A stretch of 64,000 nt of DNA from Patescibacteria group bacterium (GTDB lineage Bacteria; Patescibacteriota; Minisyncoccia; UBA6257; GWB1-50-10): the NCBI GenBank assembly GCA_040757555.1, contig JBFLWN010000006.1, positions 5,748 through 69,747 of the forward strand. The letters are read 5' to 3'. Position 1 is the first letter of the stretch, and each line of letters starts with the position of its first letter. The notes under the pieces were generated by a model that was not told the DNA's origin, ran no database searches, and saw only the letters and a program-made list of their open reading frames with translations. Position numbers and translations under genes: made by a program. Shown piece after piece: positions 1-9,805 of this stretch.

Positions 1-44
1 TACACGCACCCGAAGCGTGCGTACTACCGTCATACGCCAGCCCG
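1..44 (-). tRNA. tRNA-Pro(CGG), 5' part only (cut by window edge)
   Basis: Reverse complement CGGGCTG-GC-GTAT-GACGGTA-GTAC-G-CACGC-TTCGGGT-GCGTG; very similar to the tRNA-Pro at 7315. Confidence 0.9.
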
Positions 45-73
45 AAATTCCTCTGTAAATCTAAGTCATAGAA

Positions 74-481
74 TTACAATAAATGATCTTGGTCTTTATT
101 GCGAGTTCCATACAATTCTTTTGATTTCTGACCAATCACAAAAACCGAAAGCACTGCGATATATACTGCCGTCACATCAGGAGTAACTCGATATTCACCT
201 TTTGTGATAAAAGAGGAAATAAAAAATGCCAACATGAGCAATGAAAATGTTACTACAAACATTTCCCCCCTTCTTTTTCCTGGGTGTTTATCGTGCCAGC
301 GATCAAACTCCTTGCTTCCCACAAATATTCCGAGCGATGCGATATAGACGGTTCCAAGAGGACCAATAACATATTCATATGGGGTCTCACCAAAAAAATT
401 GATTGCCGCGACAATGAAATATAAAATCCCCCAAAAGGAAGAGAAAAATCTCCAAAATTTTTTTTCCATTATTTCTTTCAT
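74..481 (-). CDS. Hypothetical membrane protein (~4 TM)
   Basis: 135-aa ORF with four hydrophobic stretches, starts 1 nt after the cca stop. Confidence 0.75.
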   Translation of the reverse strand: MKEIMEKKFWRFFSSFWGILYFIVAAINFFGETPYEYVIGPLGTVYIASLGIFVGSKEFDRWHDKHPGKRRGEMFVVTFSLLMLAFFISSFITKGEYRVTPDVTAVYIAVLSVFVIGQKSKELYGTRNKDQDHLL

Positions 482-482
482 C

Positions 483-1964
483 TTATTTCACAAAATAACG
501 TTTTTTCATATCGTTTTCAACCCCCTCTTCAATCAAGTCTTTCTTTTTTCGCCCTTCATCGGCAAGTTTTTTTAATTCGAGTGGAGAAAGCGCGCCAAAT
601 TCTCTCACTTTTTCTTCAAGATATTCTTTATTATTTTTTGACGGATCATCAAGCACCTCCTCAAGAAGCACAAATAAAATATCTCCCACGCGCGGCCCAG
701 CGGGAATATTTAATAACCGCATTATTTCATCTCCTTTCACGGCGAGCATTTTCGGATGTACCGGATCGTGACGCACCTTATCAATCATAAAAAGAAGGTG
801 GCGAAGTTTGTACGGAAACGCCTTTGGCACTTTTGAACCAACACGATCAGCTTCGCGCACGTTCAATATATCATCGATGTTTTCAACCCCAACACGCGCG
901 ATAAATCTTCGTACTCCCGCCTCACTTACCTCTCCCACGTTGTAATAGAACATGTGGTAACGAATGAGGTGACGAACTCTCTGTACCACATCACGTGGAA
1001 ACCTCAACCGATCAAGGGCGTCTTTTGCAATCCGCGCACCAACCATTTCATGGTTATAGAACGTTGCATTCTCCCCGGTTCCGTTTTTTGTCCGTGGTTT
1101 TCCCACATCGTGCAATAGGGCCGCCAAGCGCACTTCAAATGAATAATTTTTCTCTGTTGCGTATTCGAGTGCGCGCACATTATGTTCAAACACGGTATAT
1201 ACATGATGTTTATTTTGCGTACACCCAACTCCCTCCAAAAGTTCAGGAATGATGTATTCCAATAAGCCAAGTTCTTGGAGAGTAAATGCTCCTTCGGCTG
1301 AACGCGAGGTCATAATAAGCTTCTGAAATTCATCGCGAATCCGTTCCTCAGCAATATGTTTCAAAAGTACAATATTTTTCTTTATTGCTTTTTGCGTTTC
1401 TTTTTCTATTTCGAATCCGAGTTGTGCCGAAAATCGTACCGCGCGCAACATACGAAGCGCATCTTCTTGAAATCGTTTTTCGGCATCCCCCACTGTGCGG
1501 ATAATTTTATTCTTCAAATCTTTTTGTCCGCTATACGGATCAACAATATCATTTTTGAGATTTGAAATTTTATTTTTTAGATTTATTGCCATCGCATTCA
1601 CCGTGAAGTCTCTTCGCGATAAATCCTCTTCAATTGTTTTTGCAAATTTCACTTCATCCGGATGACGTTTATCCGAATATGTTCCCTCAATGCGAAACGT
1701 GGTGATTTCCACCACTTTAAGTGTCGGATCTTCGGATCGTGTTTTTACCCCCACCGTCCCAAACTCATTTTCATAGACACTTTCGGGAAATAGCTTTTGT
1801 ATTTTTTCCGGATGAGCATCTGTGGTGATGTCCCAATCTTTCGGTTTTTCCCCAATCAAAAGATCACGCACACACCCCCCTACGAGATATGCATCGTATC
1901 CACCCTTCACAAGTATTTCACCAATATTCTCTATTTCCTTTGGTACTGAAAATTCTTTCATCAC
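483..1964 (-). CDS. cca: CCA tRNA nucleotidyltransferase with HD domain
   Basis: LVGGCVRD, DWDITT, RRDFTVNAMA, EDALRMLRAVRF and LLHDVGK motifs. Confidence 0.92.
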   Translation of the reverse strand: MMKEFSVPKEIENIGEILVKGGYDAYLVGGCVRDLLIGEKPKDWDITTDAHPEKIQKLFPESVYENEFGTVGVKTRSEDPTLKVVEITTFRIEGTYSDKRHPDEVKFAKTIEEDLSRRDFTVNAMAINLKNKISNLKNDIVDPYSGQKDLKNKIIRTVGDAEKRFQEDALRMLRAVRFSAQLGFEIEKETQKAIKKNIVLLKHIAEERIRDEFQKLIMTSRSAEGAFTLQELGLLEYIIPELLEGVGCTQNKHHVYTVFEHNVRALEYATEKNYSFEVRLAALLHDVGKPRTKNGTGENATFYNHEMVGARIAKDALDRLRFPRDVVQRVRHLIRYHMFYYNVGEVSEAGVRRFIARVGVENIDDILNVREADRVGSKVPKAFPYKLRHLLFMIDKVRHDPVHPKMLAVKGDEIMRLLNIPAGPRVGDILFVLLEEVLDDPSKNNKEYLEEKVREFGALSPLELKKLADEGRKKKDLIEEGVENDMKKRYFVK

Positions 1965-2058
1965 CTATTCATTCTACGGCAATCTTCCTAAAATTGACAA
2001 ATAAATTAAAAGAATTTACGTTATAGGAAGTAAAAAATTAACAATCAAAGGAAGAGAC

Positions 2059-2442
2059 ATGAAAAGAAAAATCAGTAGTGGGTTGTACGAAACAGGAAGT
2101 CATTATCTTACCAATCTTTGTGAACTCATCCGTGATTATCGTAACGGAAAAGAAATAGAAGACTCGTTAAAATATGTAGAAAAATATAGAGAAGCACTGC
2201 GCAAGTTTAAAAAAGAGCTTATTTTAAAAGATCCTGAAATGAATTTTCTTGTATTATGTGCGGATGAATTTATTGCACTCACCACAAAACAGGGTAATAA
2301 AAGACTAATTTTCAAAGATTATGATACGTTTAAAAAAGCGGATCAGAAAAACCCAAATCCAATGTGGCGATATATACAGGAGTATACATTCAAAGTAAAA
2401 AGTAATTACGACTTTAAACCACACATTGCATGGATGGCGTAA
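2059..2442 (+). CDS. Hypothetical protein
   Basis: 127-aa ORF with TTGACA at 1994, AAAGGAAG SD-like site and a downstream terminator. Confidence 0.7.
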   Translation: MKRKISSGLYETGSHYLTNLCELIRDYRNGKEIEDSLKYVEKYREALRKFKKELILKDPEMNFLVLCADEFIALTTKQGNKRLIFKDYDTFKKADQKNPNPMWRYIQEYTFKVKSNYDFKPHIAWMA

Positions 2443-2463
2443 TAGAATTTAATTTAAAAACAT

Positions 2464-2490
2464 ACCGGCTCCACATGAACGCCGGTTTTT
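2464..2490 (+). terminator. Intrinsic terminator
   Basis: ACCGGC/GCCGGT stem followed by a T-run. Confidence 0.6.
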
Positions 2491-2538
2491 GTTTGTCATT
2501 TGATAATTAAGCACAAATCACATTAGAATGAATGTGTG

Positions 2539-2613
2539 GCGCCCGTGGTGAAACGGATATCACGACGGTCTTCGAAACCGTTATTGGGGGTTCGAATCCC
2601 TCCGGGCGCACCA
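2539..2613 (+). tRNA. tRNA-Arg(TCG)
   Basis: GCGCCCG/CGGGCGC acceptor, ACGGT-CTTCGAA-ACCGT anticodon arm, TTCGAAT T-loop, encoded CCA. Confidence 0.95.
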
Positions 2614-2620
2614 TAAAAAT

Positions 2621-3490
2621 ATGGAAGGAATTTTATTCGCGGTTGGGGCATTATTATCTTGGACATTTGGTGATTTTTTAATACAACGAACAGTAAGAAA
2701 AGTGGGAAGTTGGAAAGCACTTATGTTTATTGGTATTACCGCACTTTTTTTATTGTTTCCGTTTGTATATAAAGAAATCCCATTGCTTTTTAGTTCAATA
2801 AAACATCTCGCAATACTAACACTTGGAAGTGTTGTGATGTTTGCGGCAGCACTCTTTGATTTTGAAGCACTAAAAAGAGGAAAATTTTGCATTATAGAAC
2901 CCCTCTATGGAATTGAGGTGCCAATCTCAATTGGGTTGAGTATAGGACTATGGGGAGAAAGTCTTTCAACGCTACAAATGATTCTCATTGGTATTCTTTT
3001 TTTGGGAATCGTACTTGCGGTTACCACACATCATACCCATCTCCATTATCACAAACGTATATTTGAGCGTGGAGTTGTTCTCGCGCTCATAGGAGCGGTG
3101 GGTATGGGGCTTGGAAATTTTCTCGTCGGAGTCTCGAGTCAAACAACATCCCCCCTCCTTTCAATTTGGTTTATTCATGGGTTCTTAAGTATTTTGTGTC
3201 TATCTTATCTTCTCATGAGGAAACAACTTAAAGGAACTGTGAGAGAAATAAAAAATAATTTTGGTATTATTGCGGGACAAAGTATCCTCGATAATGTGGC
3301 GTGGATATGTTTTGCGTTTGCGACAACCATGATCCCAATATCAATCGCAACAGGAATCACAGAAAGCTACATTGCACTTGGGGCATTACTTGGGGTATTT
3401 ATTAATAAAGAAAAAATACGCTGGCATCAATATGTTGGTGTCGCGATCACGTGTATTGCGGTTGTATTTCTTGCAACAATAAGCGAGTAA
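2621..3490 (+). CDS. DMT/EamA family transporter
   Basis: 289 aa, ~10 TM in two repeats (LWGESL and FINKEKI motifs). Confidence 0.85.
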   Translation: MEGILFAVGALLSWTFGDFLIQRTVRKVGSWKALMFIGITALFLLFPFVYKEIPLLFSSIKHLAILTLGSVVMFAAALFDFEALKRGKFCIIEPLYGIEVPISIGLSIGLWGESLSTLQMILIGILFLGIVLAVTTHHTHLHYHKRIFERGVVLALIGAVGMGLGNFLVGVSSQTTSPLLSIWFIHGFLSILCLSYLLMRKQLKGTVREIKNNFGIIAGQSILDNVAWICFAFATTMIPISIATGITESYIALGALLGVFINKEKIRWHQYVGVAITCIAVVFLATISE

Positions 3491-3536
3491 ATGTTTGTTC
3501 TTTAATTTGAAATTAGAAATTCTAAATTGAAAATTC

Positions 3537-3558
3537 AAAACCGCTCTACGGCGGTTTT
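3537..3558. terminator. Bidirectional terminator
   Basis: AAAACCGC-N6-GCGGTTTT between the convergent EamA gene and tRNA-Lys. Confidence 0.65.
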
Positions 3559-3565
3559 GTTGTTG

Positions 3566-3638
3566 TGCCCCCAGTAGGATTCGAACCTACGACCATTTGC
3601 TTAAGAGGCAACTGCTCTACCAACTGAGCTATAGGGGC
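3566..3638 (-). tRNA. tRNA-Lys(CTT)
   Basis: Reverse complement GCCCCTATAGCTCAGTTGGTAGAGC...TTGC-CTCTTAA-GCAA...GGTTCGAATCC; no encoded CCA. Confidence 0.95.
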
Positions 3639-3679
3639 CAGCAGAAATATAGTACTAATTCTGTCCTCTTTTTGCAATT

Positions 3680-4399
3680 TTATTTTGATTTTTTTGTAAA
3701 ATCCAACACTATATTCATTATTTTTACATTCAACTCAATCCTTTTGGAAAACAGTTGCGCTTCCGGTGTTTCGGTACACATTGAATAAGGGACGCCATCT
3801 CGAAACATCCTATCCTCAAATGATCCGTCTTGGTGGTTGGTGATGAGTCCACCACTTAAAAGAACTCCGTAAATATACTTTTCTGTTTCAATTGGAAAAT
3901 ATTTTTTCGCAGACACAATAATGTCGCGATAAATTTTTTCAGTTTTTTTCTCAAAGTTATAGAGATAGAATTTTTTAAATCCCTTATTCTCATGAAGTGC
4001 GTGAAAGAAAAAAATATTTTCATCTTTTATGGTGTTGTGAAGTATCTTGTTCTCTCCTAATAAAATTCTCCTGCAAAAACAATTATTTAGATCTAGATTC
4101 AAAAAGTTATGACGCACCCCCTTATCAAACCCATATGGATTCGTCACAGGAAATAAAACGATTTTTATATCTTTATATTTCTTTGGATTATAATGTTTTA
4201 TAAACTCGAGTATTGCCCATGGACCCGCGGGCTCTTCTCCGTGAATTCCGCCAGAAAAACACACAACTTTCTTTCCGTGTCCCAGGATAATTTTAAACAT
4301 TGGATACTCTTTCTTTTTTCCAACATCACCAATTTTCTGTAATTTTATTCCTCGTCCCCTACAAATTTTTCTCAGTTCCGAAATGTATTTCTTATACAT
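3680..4399 (-). CDS. M14-family Zn carboxypeptidase / succinylglutamate desuccinylase-like protein
   Basis: GGIHGEEPAG (HxxE), PVTNPYG, ALHE and C-terminal TETP motifs; ATG at 4399 preferred over GTG at 4426. Confidence 0.85.
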   Translation of the reverse strand: MYKKYISELRKICRGRGIKLQKIGDVGKKKEYPMFKIILGHGKKVVCFSGGIHGEEPAGPWAILEFIKHYNPKKYKDIKIVLFPVTNPYGFDKGVRHNFLNLDLNNCFCRRILLGENKILHNTIKDENIFFFHALHENKGFKKFYLYNFEKKTEKIYRDIIVSAKKYFPIETEKYIYGVLLSGGLITNHQDGSFEDRMFRDGVPYSMCTETPEAQLFSKRIELNVKIMNIVLDFTKKSK

Positions 4400-4413
4400 A
4401 ATTAAATTAATAA

Positions 4414-4442
4414 TAACAATCCGCACATTGTGCGGATTGTTA
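4414..4442. repeat. Near-perfect palindrome (14-bp arms, 1-nt spacer)
   Basis: TAACAATCCGCACA-T-TGTGCGGATTGTTA. Confidence 0.85.
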
Positions 4443-5060
4443 ATTTAAACTCCTGAATGGAAAACAATAATGCTGAATACCTCTTTCCCCTAATTGTATT
4501 TGGGAACATCGTATGTTTATATCAAACTCATTTTTTAACTCTAATTTTGAATTATAAACCTCAAATCCATATTTAAGATTAACCTGAAGTTCGTTTCCTT
4601 TTTCCTCTGCATTTATTTTAGATACATCTGTACCATACAATAAACCCGTTTCCCCATTAGCCGGAACGAGGGTCGGAAGATTTGGGACGTCGTTTTTCGG
4701 TGTAAACATTGTAGTTGATGCCTGATCTTTAATATAAATATTTTTTATATACCCAGCGTCTTTTCCTGTATTTTTAAAGCGCATCACTAAAATCGCCTCC
4801 CCTGGCATAATATTAACGGCATTGGTTTGTAATTTTTCCCCATCTTTCCAACTCGTCCTTTTAATCGGGGTTCCATTTTTATCTATGAGTTCTAATTCAA
4901 TATCGCTAAGAGATATATTTGGCCCAATATCTATTGCTTTTAATTCTTTCGTTTCTAATACCTGTAAATATGTCATAACCGCTAAAATAATCGTTGCTAG
5001 CGCCATAATAGGAGTAGAAGCTTCTTTTATTTTATTAAATATTGTATTCTTTTCTTCCAT
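4440..5060 (-). CDS. Hypothetical protein with N-terminal membrane anchor
   Basis: One TM (IMALATIILAVMTYLQV) followed by a beta-rich soluble region. Confidence 0.7.
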   Translation of the reverse strand: MEEKNTIFNKIKEASTPIMALATIILAVMTYLQVLETKELKAIDIGPNISLSDIELELIDKNGTPIKRTSWKDGEKLQTNAVNIMPGEAILVMRFKNTGKDAGYIKNIYIKDQASTTMFTPKNDVPNLPTLVPANGETGLLYGTDVSKINAEEKGNELQVNLKYGFEVYNSKLELKNEFDINIRCSQIQLGERGIQHYCFPFRSLN

Positions 5061-5120
5061 GTGAATGTACACATCATAGTAGAAAAATCATCAAAAATCG
5101 AGTATAATATGGCGGAAAAT

Positions 5121-7265
5121 ATGTCTCATATCGAATTATCATCCCCCCTCTCTTTGATTCATGGTATTGGACCACGATTTGTCCAAAAACTAAATAAACT
5201 GCACATCGAAACGGTAAAAGATTTATTGTGGCACTTCCCAACGCGATATGAAGACTTTTCGAATATCACAAAAATTTCCGATCTTATTCCTCGCGAAGAG
5301 TGCACTATTCAGGCACTCGTGAAAAAAATAAATGTGCGTCGTGCATGGCACAAGCGCATGTTTATTATTGAAGCAAAACTCGAAGACGAAACAGGAGAAA
5401 TACGCGCAGTGTGGTTCAATCAAACCTACATCAAAAATATTCTTCAACCCGGGAAAACAGCAAATTTTTCCGGAAAAGTAAGTGAATCGCGTGAGGGAGA
5501 GTTATATTTTTCGAATCCCGGATATGAGGTAATAACGTTTCAAGAAAAAGAAACAAAACACACGGGGCGCATTGTGCCGATTTATCCGGAAACAAAAGGA
5601 CTCACCTCAAAAGGTATCCGTTATCTCATCCAACCGCTATTAAAAGTAATTGAAAAACCAAAAGAATCACTTCCACAAAAAATCGTAAAACAATATAATC
5701 TCCTCCCCCTTTCCGAGGCACTCCATATTATTCACTTCCCCGAAACACTCGACGATGCAATGGAAGCCCGCAGACGATTTAATTTTGAAGAATTATTTCT
5801 CCTTCAACTTCATCTCCTTGGTGAACGTGCAAGACTCACAAAAGAAAAAGCACCCGCGCTCGATATCGATGTTTCGATGATAAAAGCATTTTTGGAAACA
5901 CTTCCTTTTGAACTCACCGCATCACAAAAACAAACGCTTTGGGAAATCGTACAGGATTTAAATAAACCCACCCCAATGAATCGCCTCCTCCAGGGAGATG
6001 TGGGTTCGGGAAAAACAATCATCGCAGCGCTTGCGGCAATATGCACCGCACACAAAGGATATCAAACCGCACTTATGGCACCAACCGAAATACTCGCACG
6101 ACAGCACTATCAGACCATCATTAAATTCTTTCCTGATCATGAGGAGGGCGTTGCACTCCTTACCGGGAGTGAATCAAAGTTGTCATATGGACACGGGCTT
6201 GAAACCGATTTGAAAAAACCATCACTCATAAAAGAGATTGAAAGTGGAAAAATACATATAGTGATTGGCACCCATGCACTTATCGCAACCTCAAAGACAA
6301 AAAAAGAAAGAAAGATCACATTTCCCTCGCTTGGTCTTGTTATTGTTGATGAGCAACACCGATTTGGTGTGCGTCAGCGCGCTGAACTTACCAAGCGAAA
6401 AGAATATATCCCCCATTTCTTAAGTATGTCTGCAACTCCGATTCCACGAACACTTTCACTCACCCTTTTTAGCGACCTTGACCTCTCACTTATCACCGAG
6501 CTTCCGAAAAACAGGAAAGTAATTATTACGAGTGCGGTGCCGCCCGAAGAACGCACAAAATCATATGCGTTTATTCGAAGTGAAATAAAAAAAGGAAGGC
6601 AAGCATTTGTAGTGTGCCCAAGAATCCAACCCACAACCGACGAGGGTGGGCTTTCATTGAAAGAGCTCCAAATGCTTCAGGTAAAATCGGTAACGGAGGA
6701 ATATGAAAAGCTTTCAAAAAAAATATTTCCGGATTTACGCGTTGCCATGCTCCACGGAAAAATGTCGGGAGAAGAAAAAGCGAAAATAATGAATTCGTTT
6801 ATAAAAAATGAAACAAATATTCTTATTTCAACGTCCGTGATTGAGGTGGGTGTCGATGTGCCAAATGCCTCCATTATGATGATCGAGGGGTCGGAACGAT
6901 TTGGTCTTGCGCAACTCTATCAATTTAAAGGACGCGTCGGACGCGGAGAACATCAATCATATTGTTTTCTATTTACCGACTCGTCTTCTGAAGAAGTAAA
7001 AAAACGCCTCACCTCAATTGTCGAAGCAAAAAATGGACTTGAGCTCGCCGAAAAAGATTTGAAGTTCCGTGGCCCTGGAGAATTTTTGGGAGAAGGACAA
7101 ACAGGGATGCCCGACCTTGCAATGAAGGCACTGCAAAATCCACAACTCATGAAAGATGCGCGAAAGTCAGCGGAAGAGATTATAAAAAAAGATCCAGAAC
7201 TTTCTCTATATCCGGATTTAAAAAGTGCGGTAAAAATATTTACCTCACAAATACACAGAGAATAA
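5121..7265 (+). CDS. recG: ATP-dependent DNA helicase RecG
   Basis: LLQGDVGSGKT, DEQHRFG, MSATPIPRTL, ERFGLAQLYQFKGRVGR, RGPGE; start at 5109 or 5121. Confidence 0.97.
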   Translation: MSHIELSSPLSLIHGIGPRFVQKLNKLHIETVKDLLWHFPTRYEDFSNITKISDLIPREECTIQALVKKINVRRAWHKRMFIIEAKLEDETGEIRAVWFNQTYIKNILQPGKTANFSGKVSESREGELYFSNPGYEVITFQEKETKHTGRIVPIYPETKGLTSKGIRYLIQPLLKVIEKPKESLPQKIVKQYNLLPLSEALHIIHFPETLDDAMEARRRFNFEELFLLQLHLLGERARLTKEKAPALDIDVSMIKAFLETLPFELTASQKQTLWEIVQDLNKPTPMNRLLQGDVGSGKTIIAALAAICTAHKGYQTALMAPTEILARQHYQTIIKFFPDHEEGVALLTGSESKLSYGHGLETDLKKPSLIKEIESGKIHIVIGTHALIATSKTKKERKITFPSLGLVIVDEQHRFGVRQRAELTKRKEYIPHFLSMSATPIPRTLSLTLFSDLDLSLITELPKNRKVIITSAVPPEERTKSYAFIRSEIKKGRQAFVVCPRIQPTTDEGGLSLKELQMLQVKSVTEEYEKLSKKIFPDLRVAMLHGKMSGEEKAKIMNSFIKNETNILISTSVIEVGVDVPNASIMMIEGSERFGLAQLYQFKGRVGRGEHQSYCFLFTDSSSEEVKKRLTSIVEAKNGLELAEKDLKFRGPGEFLGEGQTGMPDLAMKALQNPQLMKDARKSAEEIIKKDPELSLYPDLKSAVKIFTSQIHRE

Positions 7266-7314
7266 TAAACCCTTTATTTTTTAATAGAATACCGTACACT
7301 AATAACTGAATCAA

Positions 7315-7385
7315 CGGGCTGTCGTATACCGGTAGTACGCTTGCTTTGGGAGCAAGTAGACTGGGTTCAATTCCCAGCAGCCCGA
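7315..7385 (+). tRNA. tRNA-Pro(TGG)
   Basis: CGGGCTG/CAGCCCG acceptor, CTTGC-TTTGGGA-GCAAG anticodon arm, GGTTCAATTCC. Confidence 0.95.
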
Positions 7386-7392
7386 CAAAAAA

Positions 7393-8472
7393 ATGATCTT
7401 TATATTCAAAGATAATCCAGAGCGGATAAAGAATATAGAATTAAAAGAAAGTAAATTTAAACAGAAACTTCACTCGCATGTTCCTGATTTTTGTTTTGGT
7501 ACAAAATACCTAAAAAGAAAAAAAAGGGGGGAGGATCCGCTTGAATTTTTAAAAAGATATTCACGCCATTGGTTTTCCAATCTTGGGCGACATATCACGG
7601 CGCCGCTCGAAAAAGTAAAAATAGAGTGGAAAAGAAAATATATGATTTTCCCCTCGGTGATGAATGAGAAAGAGAGGGTGTTTTGTAAATACTCAATACA
7701 AAAAAGTGGCCCAGGAAAAAAAGTCGCACTTATTACGGTCATGCACTGGAACGGTATTCCGAAAGAATATGACGCACTCATTTCATTCGTGAGGAATCGA
7801 CTCTTGCCGTTAAGCACATTCTTGTTTATCCCCTCAAATCGCAAGGCCTCGTGGGGAATTAAAAAATCAATGGACTATGAAAGTGTGGGTCCAGATATTG
7901 GACATATGGTTTCGCGTTTCCAAAAAAATGTTTTCGACATACAACGTCTTGCGTGGATTTTAAAAAACGAACTTGGGTTTGATGAGGTGGGAATATTTTC
8001 TTTCAGTATGGGGACGTGTTATTCGTCTGTTGCGACAATGGGAAATCCATCGCTCTTTGATTTTGCGATTTTTCATCTTCTCGCGGATGATTTTCATAAA
8101 GCACTTATGAGCGGGGTTGGCACAACAAGAATAGCTGAAAAAATAAAGGGAAATGTGAAAGAAGAAGACCTCCATGAAATTTTAAAAATACTTTCCCCTG
8201 GAGCGTATGAGAAAAAACTAAAAAATCTCCCAAAACACACACGAATTGTCCAGGCAAAATATGATCACGTATTTTGTCCCGAAAACGTTACTACAATAAA
8301 CAAAAAAATACGGGCAGTTCGCCACGATATCGAAGTAGATATGGAACCATTGGGACACAACTGTCTTAATTCATTCCCATTGGGACTCAAGGTGCTCTAT
8401 AACGACATAAAATTCATTTATAAATACACTGGGATGAAAAAACATCCATTTCGCAAATTTTTCATCTCCTAA
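7393..8472 (+). CDS. Alpha/beta hydrolase fold protein
   Basis: Nucleophile elbow FSFSMGT, acid in AKYD, His in LGHN. Confidence 0.7.
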   Translation: MIFIFKDNPERIKNIELKESKFKQKLHSHVPDFCFGTKYLKRKKRGEDPLEFLKRYSRHWFSNLGRHITAPLEKVKIEWKRKYMIFPSVMNEKERVFCKYSIQKSGPGKKVALITVMHWNGIPKEYDALISFVRNRLLPLSTFLFIPSNRKASWGIKKSMDYESVGPDIGHMVSRFQKNVFDIQRLAWILKNELGFDEVGIFSFSMGTCYSSVATMGNPSLFDFAIFHLLADDFHKALMSGVGTTRIAEKIKGNVKEEDLHEILKILSPGAYEKKLKNLPKHTRIVQAKYDHVFCPENVTTINKKIRAVRHDIEVDMEPLGHNCLNSFPLGLKVLYNDIKFIYKYTGMKKHPFRKFFIS

Positions 8473-8934
8473 TTATTTCTCAGGGGGTAGTCCGTTTGTC
8501 GCAAGTGAACGGTTGGAATATCGATCATCGTCCGTCACCTCAACCGCATTATTCGCCCATTCCGGCAACACGAATTGTTTTGCGTCTTCCTCATCTATAA
8601 ATTCACACTCAAGAATCATAAGTGGTGCAAGTGATCCTTTGTATATATCAAATTCAATTGAGTGATTATGATACGGAATTATATATCGATCCTTTTCTAA
8701 TTTTTTCTTCTCTATCCCCGACCATATCTTCTGAAATACCCACTCGGGAATTTCAACTTCCCATTCTTTTCTCACGAGCCCCCGACCTTCTTTTACTGTC
8801 ATAAAATATTTCTCCCCCTTTCTCCGTACACGAATTTTTTTTCCATACCCCTGTGCAATATGGAAAATTTCCTTTCCAAGAAGTATTTCTTCGGGAATTG
8901 GAGAAGTAATTTTAAATCTTCTTTCTATTTCCAT
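8473..8934 (-). CDS. CYTH domain protein (triphosphate tunnel metalloenzyme)
   Basis: MEIERRF (ExExK-like), IAQGY, RVRR, LEKDRY, ILECEF, YSNRSLA. Confidence 0.9.
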   Translation of the reverse strand: MEIERRFKITSPIPEEILLGKEIFHIAQGYGKKIRVRRKGEKYFMTVKEGRGLVRKEWEVEIPEWVFQKIWSGIEKKKLEKDRYIIPYHNHSIEFDIYKGSLAPLMILECEFIDEEDAKQFVLPEWANNAVEVTDDDRYSNRSLATNGLPPEK

Positions 8935-8951
8935 ATGTATACATTATATAT

Positions 8952-8979
8952 AAAAATCCCCCGATGTGTGTCGGGGGTT
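8952..8979. repeat. CCCGA-N-TCGGG palindrome family, copy 1
   Basis: AAAAATCCCCCGATGTGTGTCGGGGGTT. Confidence 0.7.
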
Positions 8980-9586
8980 ATAATGATTCATCAAACATCC
9001 TCATCTTCTCCAAAAACTGTCTATTTAAACCATTAATGATCGCGGTTTTTTCATTCACCGCACTTATACTCGACCGAACAATATTCTGATTCTGAATTGT
9101 GTTATCTAAAATAAGTGTCGTAAGATCACCCAAAAAATTATTTAATACTTGCGTATAAGAAATAAATTCACTCACCAAAGAAAGCTCCACCGCGACCGCC
9201 TCATAGGCAGTCCTCTGTTCCCCCGGAGAACGAATTTCTGAAAGTGATTCGGCGAGTGTCTTCAGATTTTGTGAAAGTTCAAATGCCTTTCCATATGCCG
9301 CCTCATTTGATGCGCGAGCGCTTTGGATGAGTGCCAGTGCTTCTTCATTTTTTCCTTTTATCTCCAATACATTAATTTTTGCTACCTTTTCATTTGTCTC
9401 ATTAGTAAGGCGAACAATATCTTCACTCACGAGTGACGCACTTTTGCGAGCTTCAATAAAACGCTCGGGTATTCCCCGTGAAGCGCGTAGCGAGGTAATA
9501 TAAATGATTCCCAACACAATAATAATAGCCCCGACGGAAACCCCGATTACCTGGATAAGCCTTTTTTGGTGATCCTCAAGCTTCAT
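8978..9586 (-). CDS. Hypothetical membrane-anchored helical protein
   Basis: N-terminal TM followed by amphipathic helices, 202 aa. Confidence 0.75.
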   Translation of the reverse strand: MKLEDHQKRLIQVIGVSVGAIIIVLGIIYITSLRASRGIPERFIEARKSASLVSEDIVRLTNETNEKVAKINVLEIKGKNEEALALIQSARASNEAAYGKAFELSQNLKTLAESLSEIRSPGEQRTAYEAVAVELSLVSEFISYTQVLNNFLGDLTTLILDNTIQNQNIVRSSISAVNEKTAIINGLNRQFLEKMRMFDESL

Positions 9587-9676
9587 ACGTGAAATACATC
9601 ATATCATAGGGTTTTGGGGTGCGCTACCCTCATATACTTGCGTGACATTCATTTTTTGTGCAAAATTGTAGGAGTG

Positions 9677-9750
9677 GCGGGATTCGTATAGTGGTTGTAC
9701 GTCACCCTTCCAAGGTGAAGGCACGGGTTCGATTCCCGTATTCCGCTCCA
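9677..9750 (+). tRNA. tRNA-Gly(TCC)
   Basis: GCGGGAT/ATTCCGC acceptor, TCACC-CTTCCAA-GGTGA anticodon arm, encoded CCA. Confidence 0.95.
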
Positions 9751-9805
9751 GATTTGTAACGTTACAGTATTCTAGAAACAAAAGGGCTCGTCACTCGTTA
9801 TAGGT

